Translations under genes and position numbers: made by a program
Shown here: positions 21,092 through 29,328 of the stretch, one piece after another
Numbering within the stretch: the stretch's first letter is position 1
Layout of the letters: every line of letters begins with the position of its first letter
The notes under the pieces: model-generated
Database searches by the model: none
What the model was told of the DNA's origin: nothing
The model's input: the letters and a program-made list of their open reading frames with translations, nothing else
DNA from: Cyanobacteria bacterium M_DeepCast_200m_mx_001
GTDB taxonomy: Bacteria; Cyanobacteriota; Cyanobacteriia; PCC-6307; Cyanobiaceae
DNA length: 55,602 nucleotides
NCBI GenBank assembly: GCA_016882415.1
Contig: VGQL01000001.1
Coordinates: forward strand, 1-55,602
Direction of reading: 5' to 3'

Positions 21092-22528
21092 TCAGCGGCC
21101 CCCCACGGTGATCGAATCCACCTTGATGTGGGGCTGGCCGACGGTGACAAAAATGCTGCCGCTGACGGAGCCGCAGAAGCCGGCCGCCAGTTCCAGGTCG
21201 TTGGCGCACATGGAGATGCGGGGCATCACCTCCTTGGCTTCGCCGATCAGGGTGGCCCCCTTCACCGGTTTGGTGAGGGCGCCGTTTTCGATCAGGTAGC
21301 CCTCCTCCACGGCGAAGTTGAACTGGCCCGTGGGGCCGACGCTGCCGCCCCCCATGGATTTGCAGTAGAGCCCCCGATCCACGGAGCCGATCAGCTGCTC
21401 CGGCGTGTGGGTGCCGGCGGCGATGTAGGTGTTGCGCATGCGGCTGGCGGCCGCGAAGGAGTGGCTCTGGCGGCGGCCGCTGCCGGTGCGGGCATGGCCC
21501 GTGCGCAGCTCCCCGGCCCGGTCGCTGATGAAGCGCTTGAGCACCCCGTTTTCGATCAGCACGGTGCGCTGGGCCTCCATGCCCTCGTCATCCATGCTCA
21601 GGGAGCCGAAGGCACCGCTGGTGAGGCCCTCATCGATGGCGGTGACGGCGCTGTGGGCGATCGGCTCACCCACCCGCTCGGCGAAGGGGGTGGTGCCCCG
21701 CTCCACCTGGGTGGTTTCCAGCAGGTGGCCGCAGGCCTCATGGAAGATCACCCCGCCGAAGCGGTTGGCCAGCACCGCCGGCATCTGCCCCGCCTCCACG
21801 TAGTCGGCGTAGAGCATGGCGGCGGCGCTGTCGCACACCTCCTGGGCCGATTGCTGGGCATCCCAGCTGCGCAGGTCATCGGGGCGATCGGCGCTGCCGT
21901 AGCGGCGGCCCACGCCGGCCCGGTGGTCGCCATCCGCCGCCAGCACATTCAGCCCCACCGATTGGTGCAGGCGGATGTCGCGGCCGAAGGTGCCATCGCT
22001 GGCGGCCACCAGCACCTCCTGCCAATCGCGCGCATAGCTGCCGCGGCGCACCTGCAGGTGGGCGCCGCGGCGCTGCAGCTGCTGGGTGCCCCCCAGCAGG
22101 GCCTGGGTGGCCTCCTGCAGTTCGGGGCTGCGCTGCAGCCAATCACCCTTGCTGGCGGCGAAGTCGTTGAGGGCCGGCAGCCCTGCAAAGGCGCTGCGGC
22201 TGAGGGCCCCCAGCTGCAGGCCGAGCATGCCCAGGGCCTGCTCGAGGGCCCGTTGCAGGCCCGCTTCGCTGAGGTCGTTGGTGCTCACGAAGCCATCGCG
22301 GTGGCCGCGGAACACGCGGATCCCGGCCCCCATGCCGAAGGCTGGGGTCACGCTGGTGATCGTGTCCTGCTCCGCCAGCACTCCGAGGTGGTCGGTGCGC
22401 TCCAGGAACACCTCCACCAGGTCGGCGCCGGCTGCGGTGCCGATCCCCAGCAGGCTTTCGAGCCGTGGGGCCCAGCGCTGGTCGAGGGGGCCGTTGAGCA
22501 GGCTCTGCAGGGGGGCTGTCAGGGTCAC
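21092..22528 (-). CDS. tldD: TldD metalloprotease
   Basis: [25 protein letters not shown]. Confidence 0.9.
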   Translation of the reverse strand: MTLTAPLQSLLNGPLDQRWAPRLESLLGIGTAAGADLVEVFLERTDHLGVLAEQDTITSVTPAFGMGAGIRVFRGHRDGFVSTNDLSEAGLQRALEQALGMLGLQLGALSRSAFAGLPALNDFAASKGDWLQRSPELQEATQALLGGTQQLQRRGAHLQVRRGSYARDWQEVLVAASDGTFGRDIRLHQSVGLNVLAADGDHRAGVGRRYGSADRPDDLRSWDAQQSAQEVCDSAAAMLYADYVEAGQMPAVLANRFGGVIFHEACGHLLETTQVERGTTPFAERVGEPIAHSAVTAIDEGLTSGAFGSLSMDDEGMEAQRTVLIENGVLKRFISDRAGELRTGHARTGSGRRQSHSFAAASRMRNTYIAAGTHTPEQLIGSVDRGLYCKSMGGGSVGPTGQFNFAVEEGYLIENGALTKPVKGATLIGEAKEVMPRISMCANDLELAAGFCGSVSGSIFVTVGQPHIKVDSITVGGR

Positions 22529-22535
22529 GCGCGAC

Positions 22536-23606
22536 TCAGCGCACGGCCGGTTGGAACCGTTCGCTGCGGATGGGGCTCATCAGGAACAGCTTGGCCATCT
22601 CGGCGGCGTTGGCGGCCCAGAAGGGCAGCTTGCGCAGCAGCTTCACCGGGGCCGGGGCGCCGCCCTGGTCGGTGGCGCTGAGCTGGTTGTTGTTGCGCAC
22701 CAGGCGCTCGAGCCGCGTGTAGAACTTCGGATGCTCCACGTTGAGCACCACGGGGAACACCCGGGCCGAGGTTTCGTTGGTCTTGGCGATCACGTACTTG
22801 TCGTACTCGCGGGCATCGAGACCGAGGGCCTCATAGAACTCCTTGCGGGCCACGTCGCGCACGTACATGGTGGCGAACACGGCCAGCAGGAAGAAGCGGC
22901 ACCACAGGCGTGCCCGCAGGCCGGTGACGCTCTTGGGCTGGGCCTTCATCAGGGCATCGAAGAAGTCGCCGTGGCGGTTCTCGTCCTGGCACCAGTTCTC
23001 GAAGAAGTTGAAGATCGGGAAGATCTTGCTGTCGGGGTTCTTCTCGAGGTGGCGGTAGATGGCGATGTAGCGCCAGTAGCCGATCTTCTCGCTCAGATAG
23101 GTGGCGTAGAAGATGTATTCGGGCTTGAAGTAGGTGTAGGCCTTGTTGGCGGTGAGGAAGCCGAGGTCGAGCTGCAGCCCGAAATCGCTCATGGCCTTGT
23201 TGAGGAAGCCGGCGTGGCGGGCCTCATCGCGGGCCATGTGGGCGAAACACTCCGCCAGCAGCGGGTTCTTGGTTTTGATGCGACGGCTCAGCTCCTTGTA
23301 GAGCAGGAAGCCGGAGAACTCGGAGGTGCAGCTCTGCTCGAGAAACTCGATGAACACCTTGCGGGTTTCCGGGTCGAGTTTGTCGGCGGCCCCTTCGAAC
23401 TCCTCGTTGCGGACGAAGTGGTGGCGGTTGTAGTCCTTGCGGAACTCCTCGCAGATGGCCTCCAGCTCCACCGCATTGGGGCTGAGGTCCATGGCGGCCA
23501 TGGCCTCGAAATCCGTGGTGTAGAACCGCGGCGTCAGGATCGTGTCCTTCACCGGGTCCTTGATCGCCGGTGCGTCGGGCGTGGCAACGGCGGTGGGAGG
23601 CACCAT
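22536..23606 (-). CDS. acsF: Mg-protoporphyrin IX monomethyl ester oxidative cyclase
   Basis: [38 protein letters not shown] di-iron motifs. Confidence 0.97.
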   Translation of the reverse strand: MVPPTAVATPDAPAIKDPVKDTILTPRFYTTDFEAMAAMDLSPNAVELEAICEEFRKDYNRHHFVRNEEFEGAADKLDPETRKVFIEFLEQSCTSEFSGFLLYKELSRRIKTKNPLLAECFAHMARDEARHAGFLNKAMSDFGLQLDLGFLTANKAYTYFKPEYIFYATYLSEKIGYWRYIAIYRHLEKNPDSKIFPIFNFFENWCQDENRHGDFFDALMKAQPKSVTGLRARLWCRFFLLAVFATMYVRDVARKEFYEALGLDAREYDKYVIAKTNETSARVFPVVLNVEHPKFYTRLERLVRNNNQLSATDQGGAPAPVKLLRKLPFWAANAAEMAKLFLMSPIRSERFQPAVR

Positions 23607-23693
23607 CGGTGGCATCGGGCGGACTAGGCCTTGCATCGTAGGCGGCCCCTGGGGGGTGGCGGTCCTCGTCAGCCCCCCTGTAACCGCGTTGGC

Positions 23694-24188
23694 TCAGTTG
23701 GCCCCCAGCCACTTCTGGCCGTTCAGGCGCTGCACCAGGCGCGACACCAGCAGGGCCAGGGTGGTTTTCTTCTCGTCGATCAGGAACGACTCCAGCAGAC
23801 TTGGTTCGGCGCCGGTTTCGGCCAGGGCAATGGTTTTGGCGGAGCTGATGGCCTCCTGGGTGAAGCACAGCCAGAAGCGGCGGCCCCCCTCCAGCTGGCC
23901 CACCACCATCCAGCAGGGGCTGCCCACCACCGGCATCGGCCCCTGTTCCAGGCTGATGCTGCAGCTGGGGCCGCCATAGGCGCTGATCTCCTTCTGGAGG
24001 GCGGGGATCAGCAGCCCGGGCACGAAGGTGGCGAAGGGCTGGTCCTCCGGGGCCGGCGGCTTCGGGGCCGGTTTCTCAGCGGCTGGCTTGGCGGCAGGGG
24101 CTTTGTCGACCGCCGCCTTGGCGGCGCTGGGCTGCTTCGCCTCCGGCGTGGTGGCGTCAGCGGGGGCTGGCTTAGCGGAATCGGTCAC
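23694..24188 (-). CDS. ndhV: DUF2996 protein (NdhV-like NDH-1 subunit)
   Basis: Ala/Pro/Lys-rich N-terminus, RRFWLCF, ESFLIDEKK, QRLNGQKWL. Confidence 0.75.
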   Translation of the reverse strand: MTDSAKPAPADATTPEAKQPSAAKAAVDKAPAAKPAAEKPAPKPPAPEDQPFATFVPGLLIPALQKEISAYGGPSCSISLEQGPMPVVGSPCWMVVGQLEGGRRFWLCFTQEAISSAKTIALAETGAEPSLLESFLIDEKKTTLALLVSRLVQRLNGQKWLGAN

Positions 24189-24248
24189 CCTCGCTGGCCT
24201 CTGGCGTCTTGCAGGCGGAACTTTAGGGAGCCCGGCGCCGGCCGGGGT

Positions 24249-24761
24249 TCACCAGTCGTCGTTGGTGGGGGTGTTCCAATCCTCGGCGCCGCCGCTGCTG
24301 GGGGGCGCTGGGCGCGCCGTGGCTGACGCAGCCGCGGGCCTGCCGCGGCGGATCACCCGAAACGGCACTGACACGGTGGGCGGTGGATCGGAGGCGCCGC
24401 GGCTCGGGCCCGCCCAGGGGGCTGGGCCGCGCCCGTTCCGCGGTTGCTCGCCGCGGGGGCGCGGGCTGCGGGGTTCGGGGGGAGCCTCGGCCTCGGCCTC
24501 AGCCGCGCCGCGGCGCACCTGGCGCCGGGGCCGCAGGGATGGGCCCTGACCCTGCAGGGCCAGGGCCGTGCCGGCGGCGCTGAGGCCCGCCCCCACGGCC
24601 ACACCGCTGGCCAGCCATCCCCCCAGGGGCCAGGCGGGGCTGGTCCAGGTGAGCAGCCGCAGGGCCACCCAGGGCCGTGGATTCACGGCGGCGATCAGCA
24701 GCACCGCCAGCAGGGGCGAGAGCAGCGGCAGCAGCAGCAGGCGGGTGAGCAGGGCGTGCAC
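24249..24761 (-). CDS. Hypothetical membrane protein
   Basis: Two hydrophobic segments, PTVSVPFRVIR, terminal EDW/DDW. Confidence 0.7.
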   Translation of the reverse strand: MHALLTRLLLLPLLSPLLAVLLIAAVNPRPWVALRLLTWTSPAWPLGGWLASGVAVGAGLSAAGTALALQGQGPSLRPRRQVRRGAAEAEAEAPPEPRSPRPRGEQPRNGRGPAPWAGPSRGASDPPPTVSVPFRVIRRGRPAAASATARPAPPSSGGAEDWNTPTNDDW

Positions 24762-24773
24762 GGCGGGTGGCCC

Positions 24774-25400
24774 TCAGGGCTGGATGGGGCCGCTCCAGCG
24801 GCGCAGCTGGCCCAGCTCCAAACCGAGGCAATCGAACACCCGGATCACCAGAAAGTCCACCATGTCTTCGATGGTGCTCGGCTGGTGATACCAGGCGGGC
24901 ACCGGTGGGGCGATGCGGGCCCCGGCCTCCGCCAGGGCGGTGAGGTTGCGCAGGTGCACCAGGTTCCAGGGCAGCTCCCGCGGGCAGATCACCAGCGGCC
25001 TCCCCTCCTTGAGATGCACATCGGCGGCGCGCTCCAACAGGTCGGTGGCCACGCCGCTGGCCATGCGGCCCACGGCCCCCATGGAGCAGGGCAGGATCAC
25101 CATGCCGGCGGTGCGGTGGCTGCCGCTGGCGATGGCCGTGGCCTGGTCATTCCAGCGGTGGCAGCGCAGCTCGCCGGCCTCGGTGCCGGTCTGCTGGCGC
25201 CAGAAGCGCAGCTGCGCCTGGGGCTCCACTGGCACCTTGATGCCCAGCTCCGCCAGCCACACGTTGATGGCGCCGCGGCTCACCACCAGGTCCACGGTTT
25301 CGCCCGCCTCCAGCAGCAGCTGCAGGGCCCGCAGCGCTAGGGGCTGGGCACTGGCGCCGGAGATGCCCAGCACGATTGGCAGACGCGGCGGACTGGCCAT
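24774..25400 (-). CDS. ubiX: Flavin prenyltransferase
   Basis: GISGAS, IASGS, PCSMG, RAADVHLKE, PRE, PAWYH. Confidence 0.93.
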   Translation of the reverse strand: MASPPRLPIVLGISGASAQPLALRALQLLLEAGETVDLVVSRGAINVWLAELGIKVPVEPQAQLRFWRQQTGTEAGELRCHRWNDQATAIASGSHRTAGMVILPCSMGAVGRMASGVATDLLERAADVHLKEGRPLVICPRELPWNLVHLRNLTALAEAGARIAPPVPAWYHQPSTIEDMVDFLVIRVFDCLGLELGQLRRWSGPIQP

Positions 25401-25403
25401 GGG

Positions 25404-27731
25404 TCAGCTGTCGTCGCTGCCGCCATCGTTGCCGCCGTCGTCGCCCTCGCCGTCGGGATCGCTGGAGCCGCGGCGGTCGCGGTGGTCGGGCACGTACTCC
25501 TCGTACCCCTCCGGCAGCACCACCGCCAGGTCGATCTGGTGGCGCAGCACATCCACCTTCTGGATGATCACCTCCACGGCGTCGCCGAGCATGTAGCTGC
25601 GGCGGTTCTTGCGGCCCACCAGGCGGTTCTGGCGGGAGCGGTACTCGTACCAGTCGTCCTTGAGGGAGCTCACATGCACCAGGCCCTCCACCTGGGAGGG
25701 GGGCACCTCCACGAAGAAGCCGTAGCTCTGCACGCCGCTGATCACCCCGGTGAGGGTCTGGCCCACCAGGGGTTCCGCCTGGCGCGCCTGGGCCATGGCC
25801 AGGGCGTCGTTCTGCAGCTCGCTGACAAAGCGGCTGCGGCCGTTGAGGCGATGCAGCAGCGTGGCGCTGCGGCCCTCCTCCAGGGGTGCCAGCTGGGTGG
25901 GGGTGAGCAGGGGCCAGTCGATCACGCCATGGCTGCTGTCGCCGGCGATGTCGACGCGGGTCTTGTGGCGCACGGAGGGGCGGTCCTTGCCCTCGCTGAG
26001 CAGCAGCACCAGCAGGTGCTGGTTCCAGAGGTCGGCGTAGTGGAGGGCTGGGCAGCACCAGGGGGCGAAGGCCAGCGGCTCCGCCGCCAGGGTGTTGGGC
26101 CCTGGTTCAGCGCTGAGGCTCACCGGCTTGAGCGGATCGCGCAGCTGCTGCTGCAGCACCCGACTGCGGTCGCTGGCGGCGAAGGCGGTGGCCAGCTCCT
26201 GGGCGCTGGCGTTGCCGTCGGCCGCCAGCTCCAGGGGGATCTCCAGGGCCAGGGCCGCCTTGGCCACGTCGTTCAGGGCCTCCGCATCGGGGACGGGGTT
26301 CTGGGCGTAGAGGGCCGGCAGCTCCAGGGCGGCGCCATGGCGCCCCAGGGCCCGGTGGGCGCAGAGCACCAGCTCCCGCAGCAGGCCGCAGGGGCTCTGG
26401 GCGGGATCCAGCTGCACCAGCCAACCCTGGCGGCCCTCATCCGGTTCGGGGACGGCCAGGTCGCCGAGGCCGTCGATGGCGGGCATGGCCAGGTCGAGGT
26501 CGATTGAGCCGGCCCCCAGGCGCCGTTGGCGCAGGGTCTGGGCCAGGGCGATCAACCCCTCCAGCAGGGGCAGTTGATCCTTGAGGGCCTTGAGGGCCGC
26601 TGGGGTGGTGCGGGCCTTGGGTTTGCGCTCCGCCAGGGCCTGCAGGGCCTTGGCGTCGGCCTGGCCATCCACCTGGATGGTGCTGCGGCAGAAGCGGTAG
26701 TGCTGCAGCTCCCCCTCGGGGCTGATCTCCAGCAGCACCGACAGGGCGGCGGCGGCGCTGCCGGGCTTGAAGGCGGCGGCCTTGGTGAGGGCCGGCGTCA
26801 GCAGGGGCAGCCAGCTGGTGCCGAGGCAGAGGCTTTCGCCCTGGTCCCGCAGGAACAGATCCAGGGGGCTGGCGAAGCCGATGCGTTCGGCGATGGCGGG
26901 GGCGTGCACCCAGAGGCGATGGCCGTTTTCACCGCTCTCCAGGGACACCGCCGGCAGCACGGGCGCCTCGCTGCCGCTCCACAGCTCCAGGGCCAGGGTG
27001 GGCAGGGCCGTGAGGTCGTCGCGCTCCTTGCTGTCGGGGGTCTTGAGGGTGGCCTTGGGGGCCGCAGGCAGCTCCCGCAGGCCGTGTTTGGTGAGCAGCA
27101 GATCCAGGTCCGCCGCCGGGCCGGCGTTCACCGCCAGGCTGCGGGCCACATGGCCCTGGGGTGCCAGCTGGCCCACGGGGTAGCGGTCCACCCGCACCTC
27201 CACCACCGCCTCGTCGGCGGGTTTGAGGTATTGGCTGTCGCCGCTGGGGAGCTCGATGCTGGTGAGCAGGCGATCGTCCAGGGGCACCGCCACCAGGCGC
27301 TCGTTCTGCTGCTCCACATGGGCCAACAGGCTGGTGGTGTGGCGCTCGAGGATGCACTGCACGCCCCCCTCGGGGGAGCGGCGGCGGCCCCCCTCACGGG
27401 TGATGCGCACCAGCACCCGATCGCCGTTCCAGGCGTGGTTGAGCTGGTTGTCGCGGATGTAGATGTCCTCGCCGCCGTCATCCCGCAGGGCGAAACAGAA
27501 GCCCTTGCTGCTGCAGCGCAGCCGCGCCTCGATCAGGCCCTCGTCCTCGACGCGGCTCACCCCCTGGTCGTCCTCCGCCAGCACCCCCGCCTTCACCAGG
27601 CCACTGAGGGCGATGCGCAGGAGCTCCTTGTCGCCCTTGGCGCTCAGGCCCAGGGCTTTCTCCAACTTGCTGACGCTCAGCGGCTCCGCTGCGGGCAGCT
27701 GGTCGATCAGGGAGGCGACCGTGAATTTCAT
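25404..27731 (-). CDS. RNase R/II (RNB-family, Zam-like) protein with degenerate active site
   Basis: HTH-like N-terminus, CSD (KGFCF, AWNGDRV), RNB-like core, S1 (GVQSYGFFV, EGLVHVSSL). Confidence 0.87.
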   Translation of the reverse strand: MKFTVASLIDQLPAAEPLSVSKLEKALGLSAKGDKELLRIALSGLVKAGVLAEDDQGVSRVEDEGLIEARLRCSSKGFCFALRDDGGEDIYIRDNQLNHAWNGDRVLVRITREGGRRRSPEGGVQCILERHTTSLLAHVEQQNERLVAVPLDDRLLTSIELPSGDSQYLKPADEAVVEVRVDRYPVGQLAPQGHVARSLAVNAGPAADLDLLLTKHGLRELPAAPKATLKTPDSKERDDLTALPTLALELWSGSEAPVLPAVSLESGENGHRLWVHAPAIAERIGFASPLDLFLRDQGESLCLGTSWLPLLTPALTKAAAFKPGSAAAALSVLLEISPEGELQHYRFCRSTIQVDGQADAKALQALAERKPKARTTPAALKALKDQLPLLEGLIALAQTLRQRRLGAGSIDLDLAMPAIDGLGDLAVPEPDEGRQGWLVQLDPAQSPCGLLRELVLCAHRALGRHGAALELPALYAQNPVPDAEALNDVAKAALALEIPLELAADGNASAQELATAFAASDRSRVLQQQLRDPLKPVSLSAEPGPNTLAAEPLAFAPWCCPALHYADLWNQHLLVLLLSEGKDRPSVRHKTRVDIAGDSSHGVIDWPLLTPTQLAPLEEGRSATLLHRLNGRSRFVSELQNDALAMAQARQAEPLVGQTLTGVISGVQSYGFFVEVPPSQVEGLVHVSSLKDDWYEYRSRQNRLVGRKNRRSYMLGDAVEVIIQKVDVLRHQIDLAVVLPEGYEEYVPDHRDRRGSSDPDGEGDDGGNDGGSDDS

Positions 27732-27893
27732 GACTTCCGGGAACGTGCCCTCGAGGAGGGCTGATCGGGCCGTTTGGCGGGATGGCTGGCGTCGGCCCTG
27801 GGGCGTCGGCGGGGTGGTTCAACCAGGGCTTCAACGGGTGGCGAGCAGCTCCTGAAGACGGCCAACGCCTTCGGGGTCTTTCGCAACTTCACA

Positions 27894-27921
27894 ACTGTAG
27901 CCAGCTGTCGCCCCCTGCCAA
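27894..27921 (-). promoter_or_regulatory. Putative sigma70 promoter of the RNB gene
   Basis: TTGGCA-N16-TACAGT on the minus strand. Confidence 0.45.
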
Positions 27922-27939
27922 GGGGGATGGGGCCTGCCC

Positions 27940-28254
27940 TCAGCCCGCGCTGGCGTCGTCGGGATCGGCCTCGGGTTCGGGGCGGGAGGCCTTGATCAGC
28001 AGGCGGGTGCCGATCACCAGGAAGCCCACGGAGGCGGCCAGCTGCAGCACATCCGGCCCGATCACCGAGGAGAGGGATCCCCCGGCGGCCGCCCCCAGCA
28101 GGCTGGCGAGCACCAGGGCCAGGGAGCTGCCGGCGAACACCGCCCCGCTGCGGCTGGAGGTGCCGCTGATGGTCACGATCGCCAGTTGGGTTTTGTCGCC
28201 CAGCTCCGCCAGAAACACGGTGGCGTAGGTGGAGGCCAGCAGGGGGAGGTCCAT
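27940..28254 (-). CDS. UPF0016/TMEM165/GDT1 half-transporter (Mn/Ca)
   Basis: FLAELGDKTQLA motif, three hydrophobic segments. Confidence 0.9.
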   Translation of the reverse strand: MDLPLLASTYATVFLAELGDKTQLAIVTISGTSSRSGAVFAGSSLALVLASLLGAAAGGSLSSVIGPDVLQLAASVGFLVIGTRLLIKASRPEPEADPDDASAG

Positions 28255-28257
28255 GGG

Positions 28258-28632
28258 TCAGGCCAGGGGGAACACGCTTACGGCGGCCTGTCGCCCGAGC
28301 CACAGGCCCAGGCCCACCATCAGGATGCCCGCCAGCCGCTCCAGCTGCTGGGGTGGCAACACCCGCGACAGCCAGCGCCCCAGCACCACACCCACCAGGC
28401 TGGAGCTGATCAGGGCCAGGGAGGCTCCGAAGAACACCAACACCGGCCGGCCCGACTCCGCCGACAGCAGCAGCGCCGCCAGCTGGGTCTTGTCCCCCAG
28501 TTCCGCCAGGAACACGGTGGTGAAGGTGGTGAGAAACACCGCACCGAAGGAGCCGGCCTGATCGGAACCCGGGCTGGGGATGGTGCTGGGGGTAGGGCTG
28601 GGCGCCTCCGGAGCGGGCTGCGGCTCGGTCAT
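28258..28632 (-). CDS. UPF0016/TMEM165/GDT1 half-transporter (Mn/Ca)
   Basis: FLAELGDKTQLA motif, three hydrophobic segments. Confidence 0.9.
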   Translation of the reverse strand: MTEPQPAPEAPSPTPSTIPSPGSDQAGSFGAVFLTTFTTVFLAELGDKTQLAALLLSAESGRPVLVFFGASLALISSSLVGVVLGRWLSRVLPPQQLERLAGILMVGLGLWLGRQAAVSVFPLA

Positions 28633-29000
28633 CAGGGTTCTGAGGGGGGCTGGCGGATGGCCTGCTCAAAACGCTTCATCACCATGCCACGACCGCCGTG
28701 TTCGCAGCGGATCTGCTGCCGGCAGCAGTCGATGGCGAAGCCGTTGGCCTCCTCGGGTGGCACCGCAAACAGCGCCGCCAGGTTGTCCACCCGGCAGAAG
28801 CTGGGGCGATCGGCATAGATGCGGCAGGTGCTGGAGCCGGTGTCGAAGTGGATGCACCAGCCATCGGGCCCCACCATCGAGAGGTAGAGCTCCTGCTGCT
28901 CGGGGCTGAGGGCCTCGATGGCCTCATGGCGCTCCCCCGGGTCCAGGCGGCAGCAGGCGCCGCAGCCGCTGATGCAGCGCCAGTGGAGCGGCTCAGCCAT
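28632..29000 (-). CDS. YkgJ-family cysteine-cluster protein
   Basis: CISGCGACC, GWCIHFD, CRIYADRPSFCR. Confidence 0.85.
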   Translation of the reverse strand: MAEPLHWRCISGCGACCRLDPGERHEAIEALSPEQQELYLSMVGPDGWCIHFDTGSSTCRIYADRPSFCRVDNLAALFAVPPEEANGFAIDCCRQQIRCEHGGRGMVMKRFEQAIRQPPSEP

Positions 29001-29037
29001 GGCGGGCGTCCCCCAGGGGCGAGGGCCCGCCCCGGCG

Positions 29038-29056
29038 CTGTGACAACCCGTCACAG
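29038..29056. promoter_or_regulatory. Palindrome CTGTGAC-N5-GTCACAG, also a GTnACA-N4-GTnACA direct repeat, upstream of psb30
   Basis: 7-bp perfect arms; putative -10 TAATGT at 29096-29101. Confidence 0.45.
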
Positions 29057-29137
29057 GCGCGCTGCTTGGGCTGGGGCCGCCGCGGTTGCGGACCGTAATG
29101 TGGATGTCGACTTGTGCAGCTGCTGCGCCGTTCTCCC

Positions 29138-29245
29138 ATGGGAATCGACTTCCATCTGATCGCTAATTTCGCTGCCCTGTTCCTGATCACCGTGGCCGGC
29201 CCGGCAGTGATCTTCATCCTCTTCTACCGCCGCGGCGCCCTCTGA
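29138..29245 (+). CDS. psb30: Photosystem II protein Psb30 (Ycf12)
   Basis: Not in ORF track; [35 protein letters not shown] with the GP-x-VI...RRG-x-L signature. Confidence 0.92.
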   Translation: MGIDFHLIANFAALFLITVAGPAVIFILFYRRGAL

Positions 29246-29277
29246 TCGGCGGCCGCCCTGCGGCACCCATCCAGCCG

Positions 29278-29326
29278 AAGCCCCCGGTCCGTGCGGCCCC
29301 CCTGAGGGCCACGGGCCGGGGGTTTT
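29278..29326 (+). terminator. Intrinsic terminator between convergent psb30 and recJ
   Basis: CCCCCGGTCCGTG ... CACGGGCCGGGGG stem followed by TTTT. Confidence 0.7.
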
Positions 29327-29328
29327 GT

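Noticed and set aside
29039-29055. CRP box
   Set aside because: TGTGA-N7-TCACA has a 7-nt spacer; CRP requires 6
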